A stretch of 62,235 nucleotides of DNA, counting the filler, from Nemertoderma westbladi (taxonomy: Eukaryota > Animalia > Xenacoelomorpha), in NCBI GenBank assembly GCA_032718475.1. It is 3 parts of 3 records of this genome, joined end to end, with 100 filler letters (N's around TTAATTAATTAA, not from the genome) between each part and the next. Parts side by side here need not be neighbours in the genome. Positions count along the whole stretch, not along the records: positions 46,339 to 62,235 come from JAUCBJ010004004.1; 2 more parts are not named here. One strand, 5' to 3'. This document shows positions 51,548 through 62,235 of this stretch, one piece after another (position 1 is the stretch's first letter; every line of letters starts with the position of its first letter). The position numbers and the translations under genes were made by a program. The notes under the pieces were generated by a model. It searched no databases, was not told the origin of the DNA, and saw only the letters and a program-made list of their open reading frames with translations.

Positions 51548-52888
51548 CTACCGTCGCCCATGCTTTACTGCCAAAATATACATAATGGTAAATGAAATAA
51601 AAATGATGCTAGAAACACCAGTCACCATGAAAGTAAAAGTTACAGGCCCATAACATTCTAGTAGAAACCCTGTCAGCCATTGCAACACAAATCCACCAAT
51701 AGCACCGCCTCCACATTGAAACATAAACATTATACTAGACATTTCTACATACTGATTCATCCAACCCGTTATAATTGGGGATATTGGACTTTTTGATGCC
51801 GCGAATAAACTATTGAAGGCCCAAAAGGCTGCGACATCTTTATAGAGAATAGTTAGTCCAACCGAACTAGCTAATGCAGTGGAGCAGTAAATGAACATTA
51901 ATAAGGAATATGGAACACAGAAACTGAGCATAAAGGCTATGCAGCGTGATATTGTAAATATAATCCAAAATGAAGCCAATACCAGAGAGGCCTCGTCTTT
52001 ACCGAAGTGAAGTTCGCTTGATTCTGAAAAGATAAATACAAATTTTCCATAAGTTCGTTCCCCTCCAACCATAACAAAATAAAATATAATTGTGGAAATA
52101 ATCATTTGAATTCCGAATTTCCTGTCCCCTCCAGCGATAAGTTCAGGTCTGAAGACATCAAGAAAGTTAGATCGCTGTTGGAATGAAGAATCGAAAGGTT
52201 CTGGTATTTTTATTAAATGAAAAACAAGGAATACAAAAGATAATGAAATACAAATTAGACCAACTATTAAGTAGGGAACTTCGATTCCTGGATGTGAGAC
52301 ATTTATAGTAGACATCGATATGTTGTTGAAATCCTTTATGTACGTGTTTGATAAAATAACAACTATGGCGCTTCCTATGCTGTAACCACCATGCATAAGA
52401 CTAATCAGCCCCCCTGGATTCTTTGTCCACATTAGAAGCAAGCATGGGCCACATCCCGTACCCATTATGCCAGCTGATTGGCCTTTTATGTACATTAACA
52501 TCGCCAATACCCATAATTTATTGGTTCTTGGTAACAATATCGTTGCAATACCAGCCGATATCAACCCAAATGCGATTCCTGCATCACGATACTTTGTGAA
52601 ACGATCAAAGAATATTCCACCAGCGATGCATCCTAGAAACAGACCAAGGGATCTGGAACTCAGACTTCGCCCAATCTCTTCATAATTGGCACCTACTCTC
52701 TCTTGGAGATCTGGCAGTGTTGGACCCACTATCTCAGCATATAAACCAAGACAGAAAAAAACTAAACATAATGATACTGTCTTGACCAATCGGTAAATGT
52801 GTTGAGACCTTGTCAGTATTATGTTACTATTCTGAGCCACTGTACTTTCATGTGAAACATTAAGTATTGGTTCTCCATCCACAGGCAT
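51548..52888 (-). CDS. MFS transporter, MFSD4/NAGLT1 (sodium-dependent glucose transporter 1)-like, intronless, 446 aa
   Basis: About 12 hydrophobic segments; GPTLPDL after TM1; MHGGYSIGSAI; VGGERTYG and FWIIFTISR motifs characteristic of MFSD4-family proteins. Confidence 0.88.
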   Translation of the reverse strand: MPVDGEPILNVSHESTVAQNSNIILTRSQHIYRLVKTVSLCLVFFCLGLYAEIVGPTLPDLQERVGANYEEIGRSLSSRSLGLFLGCIAGGIFFDRFTKYRDAGIAFGLISAGIATILLPRTNKLWVLAMLMYIKGQSAGIMGTGCGPCLLLMWTKNPGGLISLMHGGYSIGSAIVVILSNTYIKDFNNISMSTINVSHPGIEVPYLIVGLICISLSFVFLVFHLIKIPEPFDSSFQQRSNFLDVFRPELIAGGDRKFGIQMIISTIIFYFVMVGGERTYGKFVFIFSESSELHFGKDEASLVLASFWIIFTISRCIAFMLSFCVPYSLLMFIYCSTALASSVGLTILYKDVAAFWAFNSLFAASKSPISPIITGWMNQYVEMSSIMFMFQCGGGAIGGFVLQWLTGFLLECYGPVTFTFMVTGVSSIIFISFTIMYILAVKHGRR

Positions 52889-53559
52889 TTCTTCAAATTA
52901 TTATACTTGTATTAGAATTGTTAATGTTGTATAATTAGAATTCCTCCAAAATATGTAGTAGTATTTGGTCACTATTTTATATAACAGGCTTACAAGTAGG
53001 AAAAACAGCAACAACTTTCAAACTTATTTGAAAGTTTATATGTTGAATATCATTTTGGTTAGTTTATTGCAGTATGGTTAAATTGATTGGAAGAATTGTC
53101 ACTTAAATTATGAGACTGGGAAAGTAGCCGGTTACAGTGGCACGTTATTCTAACAAAAATAATAAACTAAAGTCAATAGAACAAGTTATAGTTTTATTTT
53201 TGGGAGTAAACAGCTGTTATTTGCGTCGATTCTCCCCTGGAGAGGGATGAATTTTTATTGCGTCCAGTTTCCACCCCCCCCCCCCCCCCCTGTCTGTATT
53301 ATTTATATTTTTATTTTGATACAATTAATAAAAATAGATAAAGGAATACTTATTAGGGCTAAATCTTTTACCATATGTATATATAAATAACCTATACATA
53401 ATGTATTCGGTATATCGTATAATATAAACAGAGAATCATCAAATCAATATAATATAATCGCAAATGCCAGATGTTTGCGACCAACATCGACGAGGGTTGG
53501 TTAAATATTTGTGAACTACAAATATTACGAACCTGCATTTATTCCGCAAGAATAGGACC

Positions 53560-54160
53560 CCAAAACCCTCCCAGGATAGGGATAGGTGGACCTGTCATAG
53601 CTCCTATCTTACTCCCCCTTTCTTACTATCAATAGGAACCCCATCCGCTGCAACTTATGTCTCAACCCCTCTGTTTCTCCACATCCTCCTCCTGCTACTT
53701 TTGTTATGGCCCCTTTAGGTCATCCGATACAATAATTACCTTCTCCATGTGTAAGAAGGTTCCCACCGTTGTTGTGATCATGTTTCCTATCGAAGTCCTC
53801 ATTCTCCTCATCACCGAACTTGTCATCGATCCTGGATCCTCCCTGCATTGCGTCCGATCGGGTTTGGCCCGCCCAATATTCGCGAGGTCTTCATTTGTCC
53901 TCTCATCTGGTTGTGGCGCATCATCAGGTTCGCTGGGCTCGACTTCCAATGCCTCATCGTCCTGGCGGACCATCATCTCCAGGATTGTCTCCTCCTGGGT
54001 CACTCCTGTGGACGCTTCAATTCCTTCCACCTCCTGGAGCAGCAACACCTCAACGCTATAGGTGACTGATGGTCTGGGTGTTGCAGTCGGCGTCGTTCTG
54101 CAGGTGCCCATCCAGCTCCCCACCGTGAATCCCACTGGTGTGCTTCTTCATATTGCCATT
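53560..54160 (-). mobile_element. Possible degraded LINE ORF1 remnant
   Basis: Acidic low-complexity ORF ending KVIIVSDD, weakly like the block I (VGDS) of ORF1 SGNH esterases; no splice context; frameshifted. Confidence 0.3.
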
Positions 54161-54621
54161 TAGCTATAGATTTACTGTCATGGTAACCGGCTAGGTCTTA
54201 GAGTGTTCAGATGGCCAGGCACCGAGTGGGGTGGTGCGATTCTAGGGTTAGAGGTCTGTCTTTACTGGTGTTGTAGGGGAAGGGTGTTTCTGACCTGGAC
54301 ATTGGGAAAAACAAGCTTCTTGCCTTAGTTACCTGTTATAGCACAGGTCTGAGCCCAGTGAGATTGCACAAGGAACTCTGGGTCAATGATGAAACACTGT
54401 CAGTAATAAATAACGCTAAAGCTAAAGCGGCCTCTCAGCAAGTGAGATGTCTGAACAGTGATGTTTAAAATGTAGTTACAGTGGTATTACCTACAGATAG
54501 ATTAAGAGAGGCAAATGGGTTTTGTCCTGACCAATCAATGTCAGTAGCAGCTGTTCTGCTATTGGCTGGTGCTGTTTGATTATTATCTTGTTTGTCGTAA
54601 TTAATCTCTCTCTCACTATCT

Positions 54622-54857
54622 ATTACTACTACTAGGATCGGCATGCTGCATTGCAGCTGCATTATATATATATTACATACATATTAAGAATGCTTTGGTG
54701 GCTTGTCGACAAAATTGCGCCAACACAAATCCCTATCACCACATTTGCTAAATTATCCGCATATTCAAGGCCAGTGTCCTTGAAGATGCGTCTCAAGAAA
54801 GTCATGGGCTGTCCACCATGCTTATTCACTCCATGAGGTTGCCAAAGTACAAGATTA
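54622..54857 (-). mobile_element. RTE family A 3' fragment, diverged
   Basis: NLVLWQPHGVNKHGGQPMTFLRR, 3'UTR and (TAG)n tail. Confidence 0.88.
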
Positions 54858-54859
54858 AA

Positions 54860-55315
54860 TATACAATGTAAATAAGACAATATGATAATGCTCTCCATAG
54901 CGAAAAATATCAACCGGCCCTATTGGGGCTCGAACCTGGTACCTAGGTTTCAAACTTCTGGTTATCTTCAGCCGGGTGAGTGTACTGAGCTACCAGACCG
55001 GATGAATAATTCATGTATTATTATTAATTAACAGCCTGGCCTGACATAAGCGGTAACAGTGGTTCTTACCACACTGTATAATAGTTATTCTTTGTGGCAT
55101 GGTTGCCATTTCTGGCAGAGCACGGGATTAATGTTGTACTTTCCTTAAATATGATATCCCACTCCATAGCAAAATCTTCATCCGATCTGGTAGCTCAGTA
55201 CACACACCCGGCTGATGTTAACCGGAAGTTTGAAACTTAGGTACCTGGTTCGAGCCCCAATAGTTGATATTTTTCGCTATTGAGAGCATTATCATATTGT
55301 CATATTACATTATAT
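54860..55315. mobile_element. Head-to-head inverted pair of tRNA-like units of about 140 bp
   Basis: 54860-55006 is the reverse complement of 55177-55315; each has TGGTAGCTCAGT, GGTTCGAGCCC and a T5 run. Confidence 0.8.
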
Positions 55316-56798
55316 TGTAGGACTCTATCGAGCAGATTAACGCCATTTACATGGCTATGTTAGTTTTCGTGCTATGGTCCATTTCTGGCACCCATCTCCA
55401 GTATTTTTGCGGTAAAATTTTCAAAAGTTTTTATGGCTCACTAAAATTAATTTATTTGCAGTATATAGCGGTTCTTTTAGATGCTGATCCCGATTATAGA
55501 ACTCAAATATAACATTCGAGAAAATTTTTGGTAATATTGAATGTGCCCACAGCAGCACGAAAAAACAAGTAGCGCAAATATGATAATGAAAAATCACCAT
55601 AAAATCAAATGAATTTTATGACCATATGTGATTTTGGGATGCTGATTGCGAATATGACACTGAAATGTATCGTGCGTAGCTTGTTGATTAGGGCATTTTT
55701 CTTGTCTCAATGTGCGGCACGAAATGGACAAGTAGCACAAATTTGATAATTTCATCGTGTTCAAACTGACCACAACCCCCGGAGGGGGGGGGGGGGGGGG
55801 TTGTGGTCCATACATTATTACCTTCCTTCCCTTTGTGATGGCACTACGCGATGATTAGAAAATTCTGTAGTCTTTATTTATCCTAATATGAAACATAAAA
55901 CAATTCGATAAACATTAAAATAATTTAAGGAACATTTCGATTAAGTTAGGCCTATTATTTTTTGAAATGGAAACAGGATAACAGCCAGAACTATCAATTT
56001 TAAAGTTTGAATTGCCAAATAATTCAGATAAACGATTCGAGTTGATATGGAAACTTTTCCACGAGGAGTATTGTGTTCCATACTTATCTACATGCTCTTC
56101 TGGCATGGCCCGTCGATGATCCAAGGTAAATTAATTGTTATATAATGATTCATTGTTACTTTAGAAAAATATAAATTTTTCACTGTTCGTGAGAGATTTG
56201 ATTTTCGAACGCCAACGTTGTGAATAAAGAGTCAAGAGAATATTGAAAATATATGTTCTACGTTTTTTCGCATTCAGGACGAAATTATATTCTTTAATTG
56301 GTATTTTTGTATATTTTTTTTGCTAAATAAAATATAATTGAATTAAAGATACAAAGAAATTACTAGTGTTAAGAGAGAAATGGAACTGCAGTATTTAACT
56401 ACAGTATATTGCTTCCATAGTTACTGCGATTCATATTACCGTACTCTTCAACTCCCGATGCTGCCTTACTCAATGTTAAGTAATTTAGTGTTCTCGAATA
56501 TTTATTACGTAACTAGAGAGCCGCTTAACACCATAAACCAATATTGGATATTGAATTCCGTTTTGTGGTACGCCACGCAGACACTAAAGTTGTAATAACT
56601 TTTGAGTGTGTGAATGGATTTTGCTCTTTATTCAATTAATATTATTGTATATATTATTTTAATCTTACATAATAGGAAGTCATTTATTACGATATAACTA
56701 TAGTGACTTGATTGCCCATTACTCGGTCGAGATGTACCACCGGTCACATAATGAATCAAACAGCACAGTGAAGTGCCCTGAAAGTACATACCTATCTA

Positions 56799-57296
56799 CA
56801 GCATGTCCTGGAATATAGTGTCGTTATTCAGGTACCTGCCCCCCCCCCCAAACTTTTCTACAAATCGTAATGAGATTGCTCTAGAATGAGATGAAAATGT
56901 TCTAGAACATTGTGTATTTATTTAATAGAATAAATGGCGGAAGCAAATACGTGCAAAATTCGAATGCCCATATCTCGGCTATTTCCCAACCAAATTCAAA
57001 TATTTTTACATTTTTGGAATCCTTGCACGGACAGCTTTCCACTAGTACCAACAAATCACAAAATGTTTGAAGAATAACTGCGGTGTAACTGGTGCAATAT
57101 CGACGGAGACACTTTTTTTAAACGATTGTAGCTAAAGAATGAAAGCAAAAATAAAAATTCTAGCTCACCCAGTAAGGAGGAGGGAGGTGAAACTAACTCT
57201 GTTTCAAATTTCATGTAATCTCATTACGATTTGTAGAAAAATTTGGGGAGGGGGGCCTTGTACCTGAATAACGACACTATATTCCAGAACATGCTG
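56799..57296. mobile_element. MITE (same TA-flanked family), internally deleted
   Basis: TA|CAGCATGTCCTGGAATATAGTGTCG ... CGACACTATATTCCAGAACATGCTG|TA. Confidence 0.88.
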
Positions 57297-57351
57297 TATG
57301 TATGTAGGTATGTTTTATGTATACACCAAAAGATTTGCTTTCGCTTAGCTT

Positions 57352-57610
57352 TGCTTTGCTTTCGCCGTGAGGACCAGCCAGTGCATAATCTTGTACTTTG
57401 GCAGCCTCATGGAGTGAATAAGCATGAATTTCATGAATAAGCCCATTAATTTCTTGAGACGCATCTTAAAGGACACTGGCCTTAAAGATGAGGATGATCT
57501 AGCAAATGTCATGGGTGATAGGGAGTTGTGGCGGTGCAATTTTGTTGACAAGCCGGCACAGCATTCTTAAAAATGCAGCTGCAATGCAGCATGCCGATCC
57601 TAGTAGTAGT
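57352..57610 (+). mobile_element. RTE family A 3' fragment
   Basis: CFRREDQPVHNLVLWQPHG through the (TAG)n tail; stuttered TTGCTTTCGC at the 5' junction. Confidence 0.9.
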
Positions 57611-58422
57611 ATCTAATGTTAGAATGGTGTATTACCGTGACAGGATAATTGGGCCCAAGAAAAATTGAAAAAAATTGAGGTCGTTCCTAACAAGCAATTT
57701 AGCAACTTCCTAACTTGTTTCGACATTAAACAATAATTTTATATATCTAAGTCCGTTTTATATTTAATAAAACATCCATATTTGCTTTTTTATGTGCTCA
57801 ATAATTTCGCTACCCAAATGAAGTATTTCATTACAATAAAAATTGAATGTTATCGCACTAAAGCCATTAAATTACGTCATAAATCAGCTATACTGTAGCT
57901 AGCATAAACACAATCAAATTGTTCTAGTAAAAAATCGTGCATATTTTGAAAAACACATAAAAATTAAAATTTTTAGAAATGGCGATAAATCAAATTGTTC
58001 TAGAAAAAAAAAAAAGCATAAAAATTTAAAGTTTAGAAAAGTATTTCAAAGTTAATATTATTACTTGAATTTCATAAAACCATAGGAAAACATTCAAAGT
58101 ATTTCAAGATTTAACAATATTCATTAAATAAAATATCGGGGGGTAATTGTCTGGGGGGCAATTGTCCTTGTGGCAATTGTATATACAGTCCGTTATCAAT
58201 ACTCTGAGTGATTGTCGCAAGTAAATAATCTTTACATGAGTGTCCTTCTCCCTTTAAGACTTTTGTCGTCATTTTTCAGCTCAACTTCCTGAGAAAACCA
58301 CCTTTGATAAATTTACACCGGTACGGTAGGCTTTATGTTTCTCAGGATAGCTATAGTTAGTAAAGAAGATTTATAAAGTCTAGGTTAAATAGACTGAGTT
58401 AAATCTGATTAATTTGATACAG

Positions 58423-58577
58423 GCATATTGGTGCAGGAACCAAAATTTAAGGCCATCAATGAATTGAAAGAGAATCTTTTAGACGAAACTTTATACGATC
58501 CAAAAGAATTACCTCGTAAAGATGGATCGATGGTGGAGGTTACTTTGGAGATGGTAGTTCTACAGATTCTAGAATTC
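58423..58577 (+). CDS. Cys-loop ligand-gated ion channel subunit (nAChR/5-HT3-like), N-terminal exon
   Basis: GATACAG|GC; INELKENLLDETLYDPKELPRKDGSMVEVTLEMVVLQILEF (helix alpha1, YD..P, beta1); TTC|GTAAGT, phase 0. Confidence 0.8.
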
Positions 58578-58759
58578 GTAAGTAATTTGCGTCGCCGTGG
58601 TCATTAACATTAAGTATAAATTTATCATATAATATGCAATTTAACATAAAATAACTGGTACCCGGATAGAAGGAAAAGGTACTCGAACAAATGGAAAATG
58701 GAACTAATGGTGCCAAACATGTTCGTGTACCTCATGAACGTATAACTTGTGCCTGACAT

Positions 58760-59205
58760 CGTTTTTCCGGGTACCTTTAGTCGGATACCTAACGCACATG
58801 TACATAATGTCCGGGTACCTTTTGCCGGGCACCTTTTGTCTGGGTACCTTCTGTCTGGAAACTTTTGTACGGGTACATTGTGTACCGGTTCCTTTTTCCG
58901 GATACATTTGTCCGTGTACCTTTTGACTATACCTGTTTTCTGGTTAATTTTAGTCATGTACCTATGTCCGGGTACCTTTTGTCCGTGTACCTTTTGACTA
59001 TACCTGTTTTCCGGTTAATTTTATTCATGTACCTATGTCCGGGTACCTTTTGTCCGTGTACCTTTTGACTATACCTGTTTCTGGTTAATTTTAGTCATCT
59101 ACCTATGTCCGGGTACCTTTTGTCCGTGTACCTTTTGACTATACCTGTTTTCCGGTTAATTTTATTCATGTACCTATGTCCGGGTACCTTTTGTCCGCGT
59201 ACCTC
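58760..59205. repeat. Repeat array with CCGGGTACCTTTT cores and units of about 74 bp, in the channel-gene intron
   Basis: TGTCCGGGTACCTTTTGTCCGTGTACCTTTTGACTATACCTGTTTT recurs about 4 times. Confidence 0.85.
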
Positions 59206-59489
59206 ATTTTTGTTTACGTCCTGTCCAGATGTAAGTTAGAAGATTAGAGCACCATATATGTTTTCGAATTCTTAACAATAAGAATTACTATATTCACCTT
59301 CAGAAATGTGATTTATTACAAAATGCATGCGACATAATCTATGATGTTCGCATAACAGCCACCCACCACTAAAAATGCGATTCTATTTGTATATATCACT
59401 TTTTCTAGGTTATTAAATCTTATAATGATTTACATATTGCCGCATGCGCTTACATTAATTATAATTATAAACAATATTATTCCCATAAG

Positions 59490-59644
59490 GATATGCACGG
59501 TAAATCTCTTAAACTGAGTGTATGGTTGCGACAGAGCTGGTTTGATGAATATTTAACATGGAAACCTGAAGACTACCAGGGAGTTACCCGCCTACTCGTA
59601 GATATGAATTCAGTTTGGAAACCAGACATCGATATATATCAGAA
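59490..59644 (+). CDS. Cys-loop channel subunit, next exon (loop D to loop A)
   Basis: CATAAG|GAT, phase 0; DMHGKSLKLSVWLRQSWFDEYLTWKPEDYQGVTRLLVDMNSVWKPDIDIYQ with the W.D..L.W.P.DY and W.PDI signatures; AA|GTAAGT, phase 2. Confidence 0.88.
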
Positions 59645-59744
59645 GTAAGTAATTTAAGAATTTACTTAAAGAGAAATATAGTTAGGGTTTAAATAATAAG
59701 AAGGAGTTCGTTTTTATAAAATATATTGTTATGTAATTGCCATA

Positions 59745-61210
59745 AAAAAATCTCTTCATGGCACCAACACCAACACCAGGGTACTGCGCAGGTCTATTGA
59801 GAGATACTAAATGGTTATTTACCATACACCCTTGAGCCCATTTCTCAAACTCTAGGCGTAATCCAGGGAGACAAACTGTCACCCCTGCTATTTAGCCTTT
59901 TCTGACCTCCCATCCATAATTATCTCTGCGGGCTGCTTATTACTCATGTATGCAGATGATGTAGCCATCACTGGTACCTCGATTGAAGAAGTCCAGGCCA
60001 CGATGGATAACCTCGCTGATTACTGCGATGTTAACGGTCTGACAGTGAATCTCAAAAAGACCAAAGTTGTCAAATTCAGGCGTGGTGGTCACCCTTCAAA
60101 GAACAACAAGATTTTGTTCAAAAATATTCCCCTGGAGTTCGTAAATTCCTTAGAATATCTTGGAATACTGCTCTTAACCAAAAACGGATCGGCCGGTCAT
60201 TTTTTGCATCTACATAGCAGAGGAGTTTCCGCCTGCATGTGTCTAGCATCGAAAGTTACGCTGACCTCGATCTCAGTTGAGTCTCCTATGGGTGTTCGAT
60301 TTTTACAGACTCAGATCCAGGTTCGCCTTCGCCTCCGCTTTGCAGGACATTGCTTTCGCCGTGAGGACCAGCCAGTGCATAATCTTGTACTTTGGCAGCC
60401 TCATGGAGTGAATAAGCATATGGTGGACAGCCCATGACTTTCTTGAGACGCATCTTAAAGGACACTGGCCTTGAAGATGCGGATGATCTAGCAAATGTCA
60501 TGGGTGATAGGGAGTTGTGGCGATGCAATTTTGTTGACAAGCCGGCACAGCATTCTTAAAAATGCAGCTGCAATGCAGCATGCCGATCCTAGTAGTAGTA
60601 GCATCGAAAGTTACGCTGACCTCGATCTCAGTTGAGTCTCCTATGGGTGTTCGATTTTTACAGACTCAGATCCAGGTTCGTTAAATCACACATACAAAGT
60701 TCGAGGATTCTTCTCGAAACTTTGGTGTGGGGTCTCGAAATTCTCATCAACATCTGCTATCTTACTGTAGGTGCTATAGACAACCCTGATTTAGCCGCAG
60801 TTGATCTCCATAACGTAACAGGCCATCGCCGCAGGTCTGCGGCTTTGCTACTATCTAACGGATGCCACCATAAAGTACTGTATGAAGGAAAACTGTTGGC
60901 GTCCAGAGATTGATTGTATCTGTGGTCTGTGCAACTCTAGCTCATCAGTCATCCATCACTATCGAACCTGCCAGAGTCTACCGCACCTTACGTTCCGCAC
61001 TCTTCCTTTTAGATCTATAATTATAACTTTAGCTTACACAAAAAAGTTTTGTCTACTGTTACCTTTAGATTTTATTATATTACTGTACCCTACTTACTGT
61101 CCCTGATTTAATTTTAGAAATTTAGTTAGTTGGTTTTAATTAATTGGTTAATGTGTGTATATATACTTAATTGCCTTGTAAAACTTCCGATTAATATAAC
61201 TCAATAAAAG
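59745..61210 (+). mobile_element. CR1/L2-group (Crack/Daphne-like) LINE, 5'-truncated, interrupted by an RTE fragment
   Basis: GVIQGDKLSPLLF, MYADD, LTVNLKKTKVVKFRRGG, YLGI; C-terminal CGLC...HHYRTC; AATAAA near 61203. Confidence 0.8.
60326..60600 (+). mobile_element. RTE family A 3' fragment with an 80-82 bp target-site duplication
   Basis: 60246-60325 is repeated at 60601-60680 on either side of the insert. Confidence 0.93.
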
Positions 61211-61439
61211 TAATGCATAATAGCGTATCCCAGTAATATATTATGTCACATCTTGGCCAGTTCGGATAGTAGATTTTTATTTTTTTTATTTATATTTTAT
61301 CAATTAATTATTAAATAATATTTTACCCCGACACGGGGTGTAGCTAAAAAAAAAAAAAACTTCCGATGGATTTGGAAATTAAACGCCTGCTGATTTCAAA
61401 ATGGTTATTTAAACATCTTATTGCCCAAAACCCAACGCT

Positions 61440-61665
61440 ATCCTGTTTGTCTGGCCGGCGTAGAACTGATCAGGATGTGCATCGTCTCGTTCTATGGCAA
61501 CCGACATGTGAGAAGAAACATGGTGGTCAGCTATTGGAATTCCGTAAAACGTCTGGTAAAAGGTCTTGATAATTCAGATCAATGAGGGATATACACATGG
61601 CTGATCGCGAATTGTGGAAGTGTTGTGCGTTGTGGGTCCTGTCGACCATGCATCCTAATGTAGTA
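61440..61665 (+). mobile_element. Old, diverged RTE 3' relic
   Basis: RRTDQDVHRLVLWQPTCEKKHGGQ resembles family A RREDQPVHNLVLWQPHGVNKHGGQ. Confidence 0.65.
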
Positions 61666-62156
61666 GCTGAAATACGTATGTTGTATTTATTGATATCCTG
61701 TTGAATTTATGCTAAATACTGTTTCATAGTGTAATAAAGTAGCGTGTTAGGAAGTCCGACTCCCCTTCGGGAATAAATATTTTTCCTTGTAAAGTTAGCA
61801 GGACAACTCGAATATAACAGTTTTCCTTGTAAAGTTAGCAGGACAACTCGAATATAACGGTTTATCTTATAGGAAAGTTGAGAGATACTCTTTCAACTAT
61901 AGGCTAAGTGTGTTAATAGGGTTAATAATGATATACAAATACAATAATATAGAAACAGGCTTATATTTCATCAAATTTTACGAAATTTCGCTCCATTGAC
62001 TCTCGATATTCCATTCCATTAAGAAACACAGTTTATTTTTTGGTTATGACATACGTTTTGGTATACCTTAAATTATAACTAATGTAATATTTTTTTAATT
62101 TAACATTTCCGTGCAGTTTGTCTAAAATAGTCGCCGTTATTATTGTTATTATTTAA

Positions 62157-62235
62157 GCAGCCTTTAGTCTGGTTGTGAAATTAATTAGCTCTTCCATTCA
62201 GGAGGCCCTGGTTCGATCCCTAGACGGAGCAGTAC
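62157..62235 (+). mobile_element. tRNA-like/SINE head at the window edge
   Basis: B box GGTTCGATCCC preceded by GGAGGCCCT; degenerate D arm. Confidence 0.4.

Noticed and set aside
58236-58325. Possible signal-peptide exon for the ion-channel gene
   Set aside because: The frame from ATG 58236 hits TGA after 18 codons, before any donor.

Overview
AT-rich, repeat-dense genomic DNA from an invertebrate animal: spliceosomal introns, no prokaryotic features. Two 100-bp N-linkers (20998-21097, 46239-46338) split it into three pieces whose adjacency is unproven. Host genes: the last exon of an EGF-like, probably GPI-anchored protein (+); the last exon of an FRS2/Gab-type phosphotyrosine docking protein (-); nine phase-consistent exons of UBAP2/UBAP2L/lingerer (+, 3' part not found); an intronless 7-finger C2H2 gene (-); an intronless MFSD4/NAGLT1-like transporter (-); and two exons of a Cys-loop ion-channel subunit (+). 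Mobile DNA: many copies of one RTE-clade LINE with (TAG)n tails, a second RTE family, a CRE-like RT-RLE element nested in a TA-flanked MITE, a CR1/L2-group LINE, tRNA-derived SINE-like elements, a piggyBac-like end and at least eight tandem arrays. Most notable: (1) about 78 copies of a 26-bp unit carrying the UBAP2 exon-4 splice donor; (2) a SINE expanded internally into about 26 cUUCGg hairpins; (3) a candidate HDV-like ribozyme at the RTE 5' end; (4) an 80-82 bp target duplication; (5) a head-to-head pair of tRNA-like units. All family calls are motif recognition by eye, not database searches.
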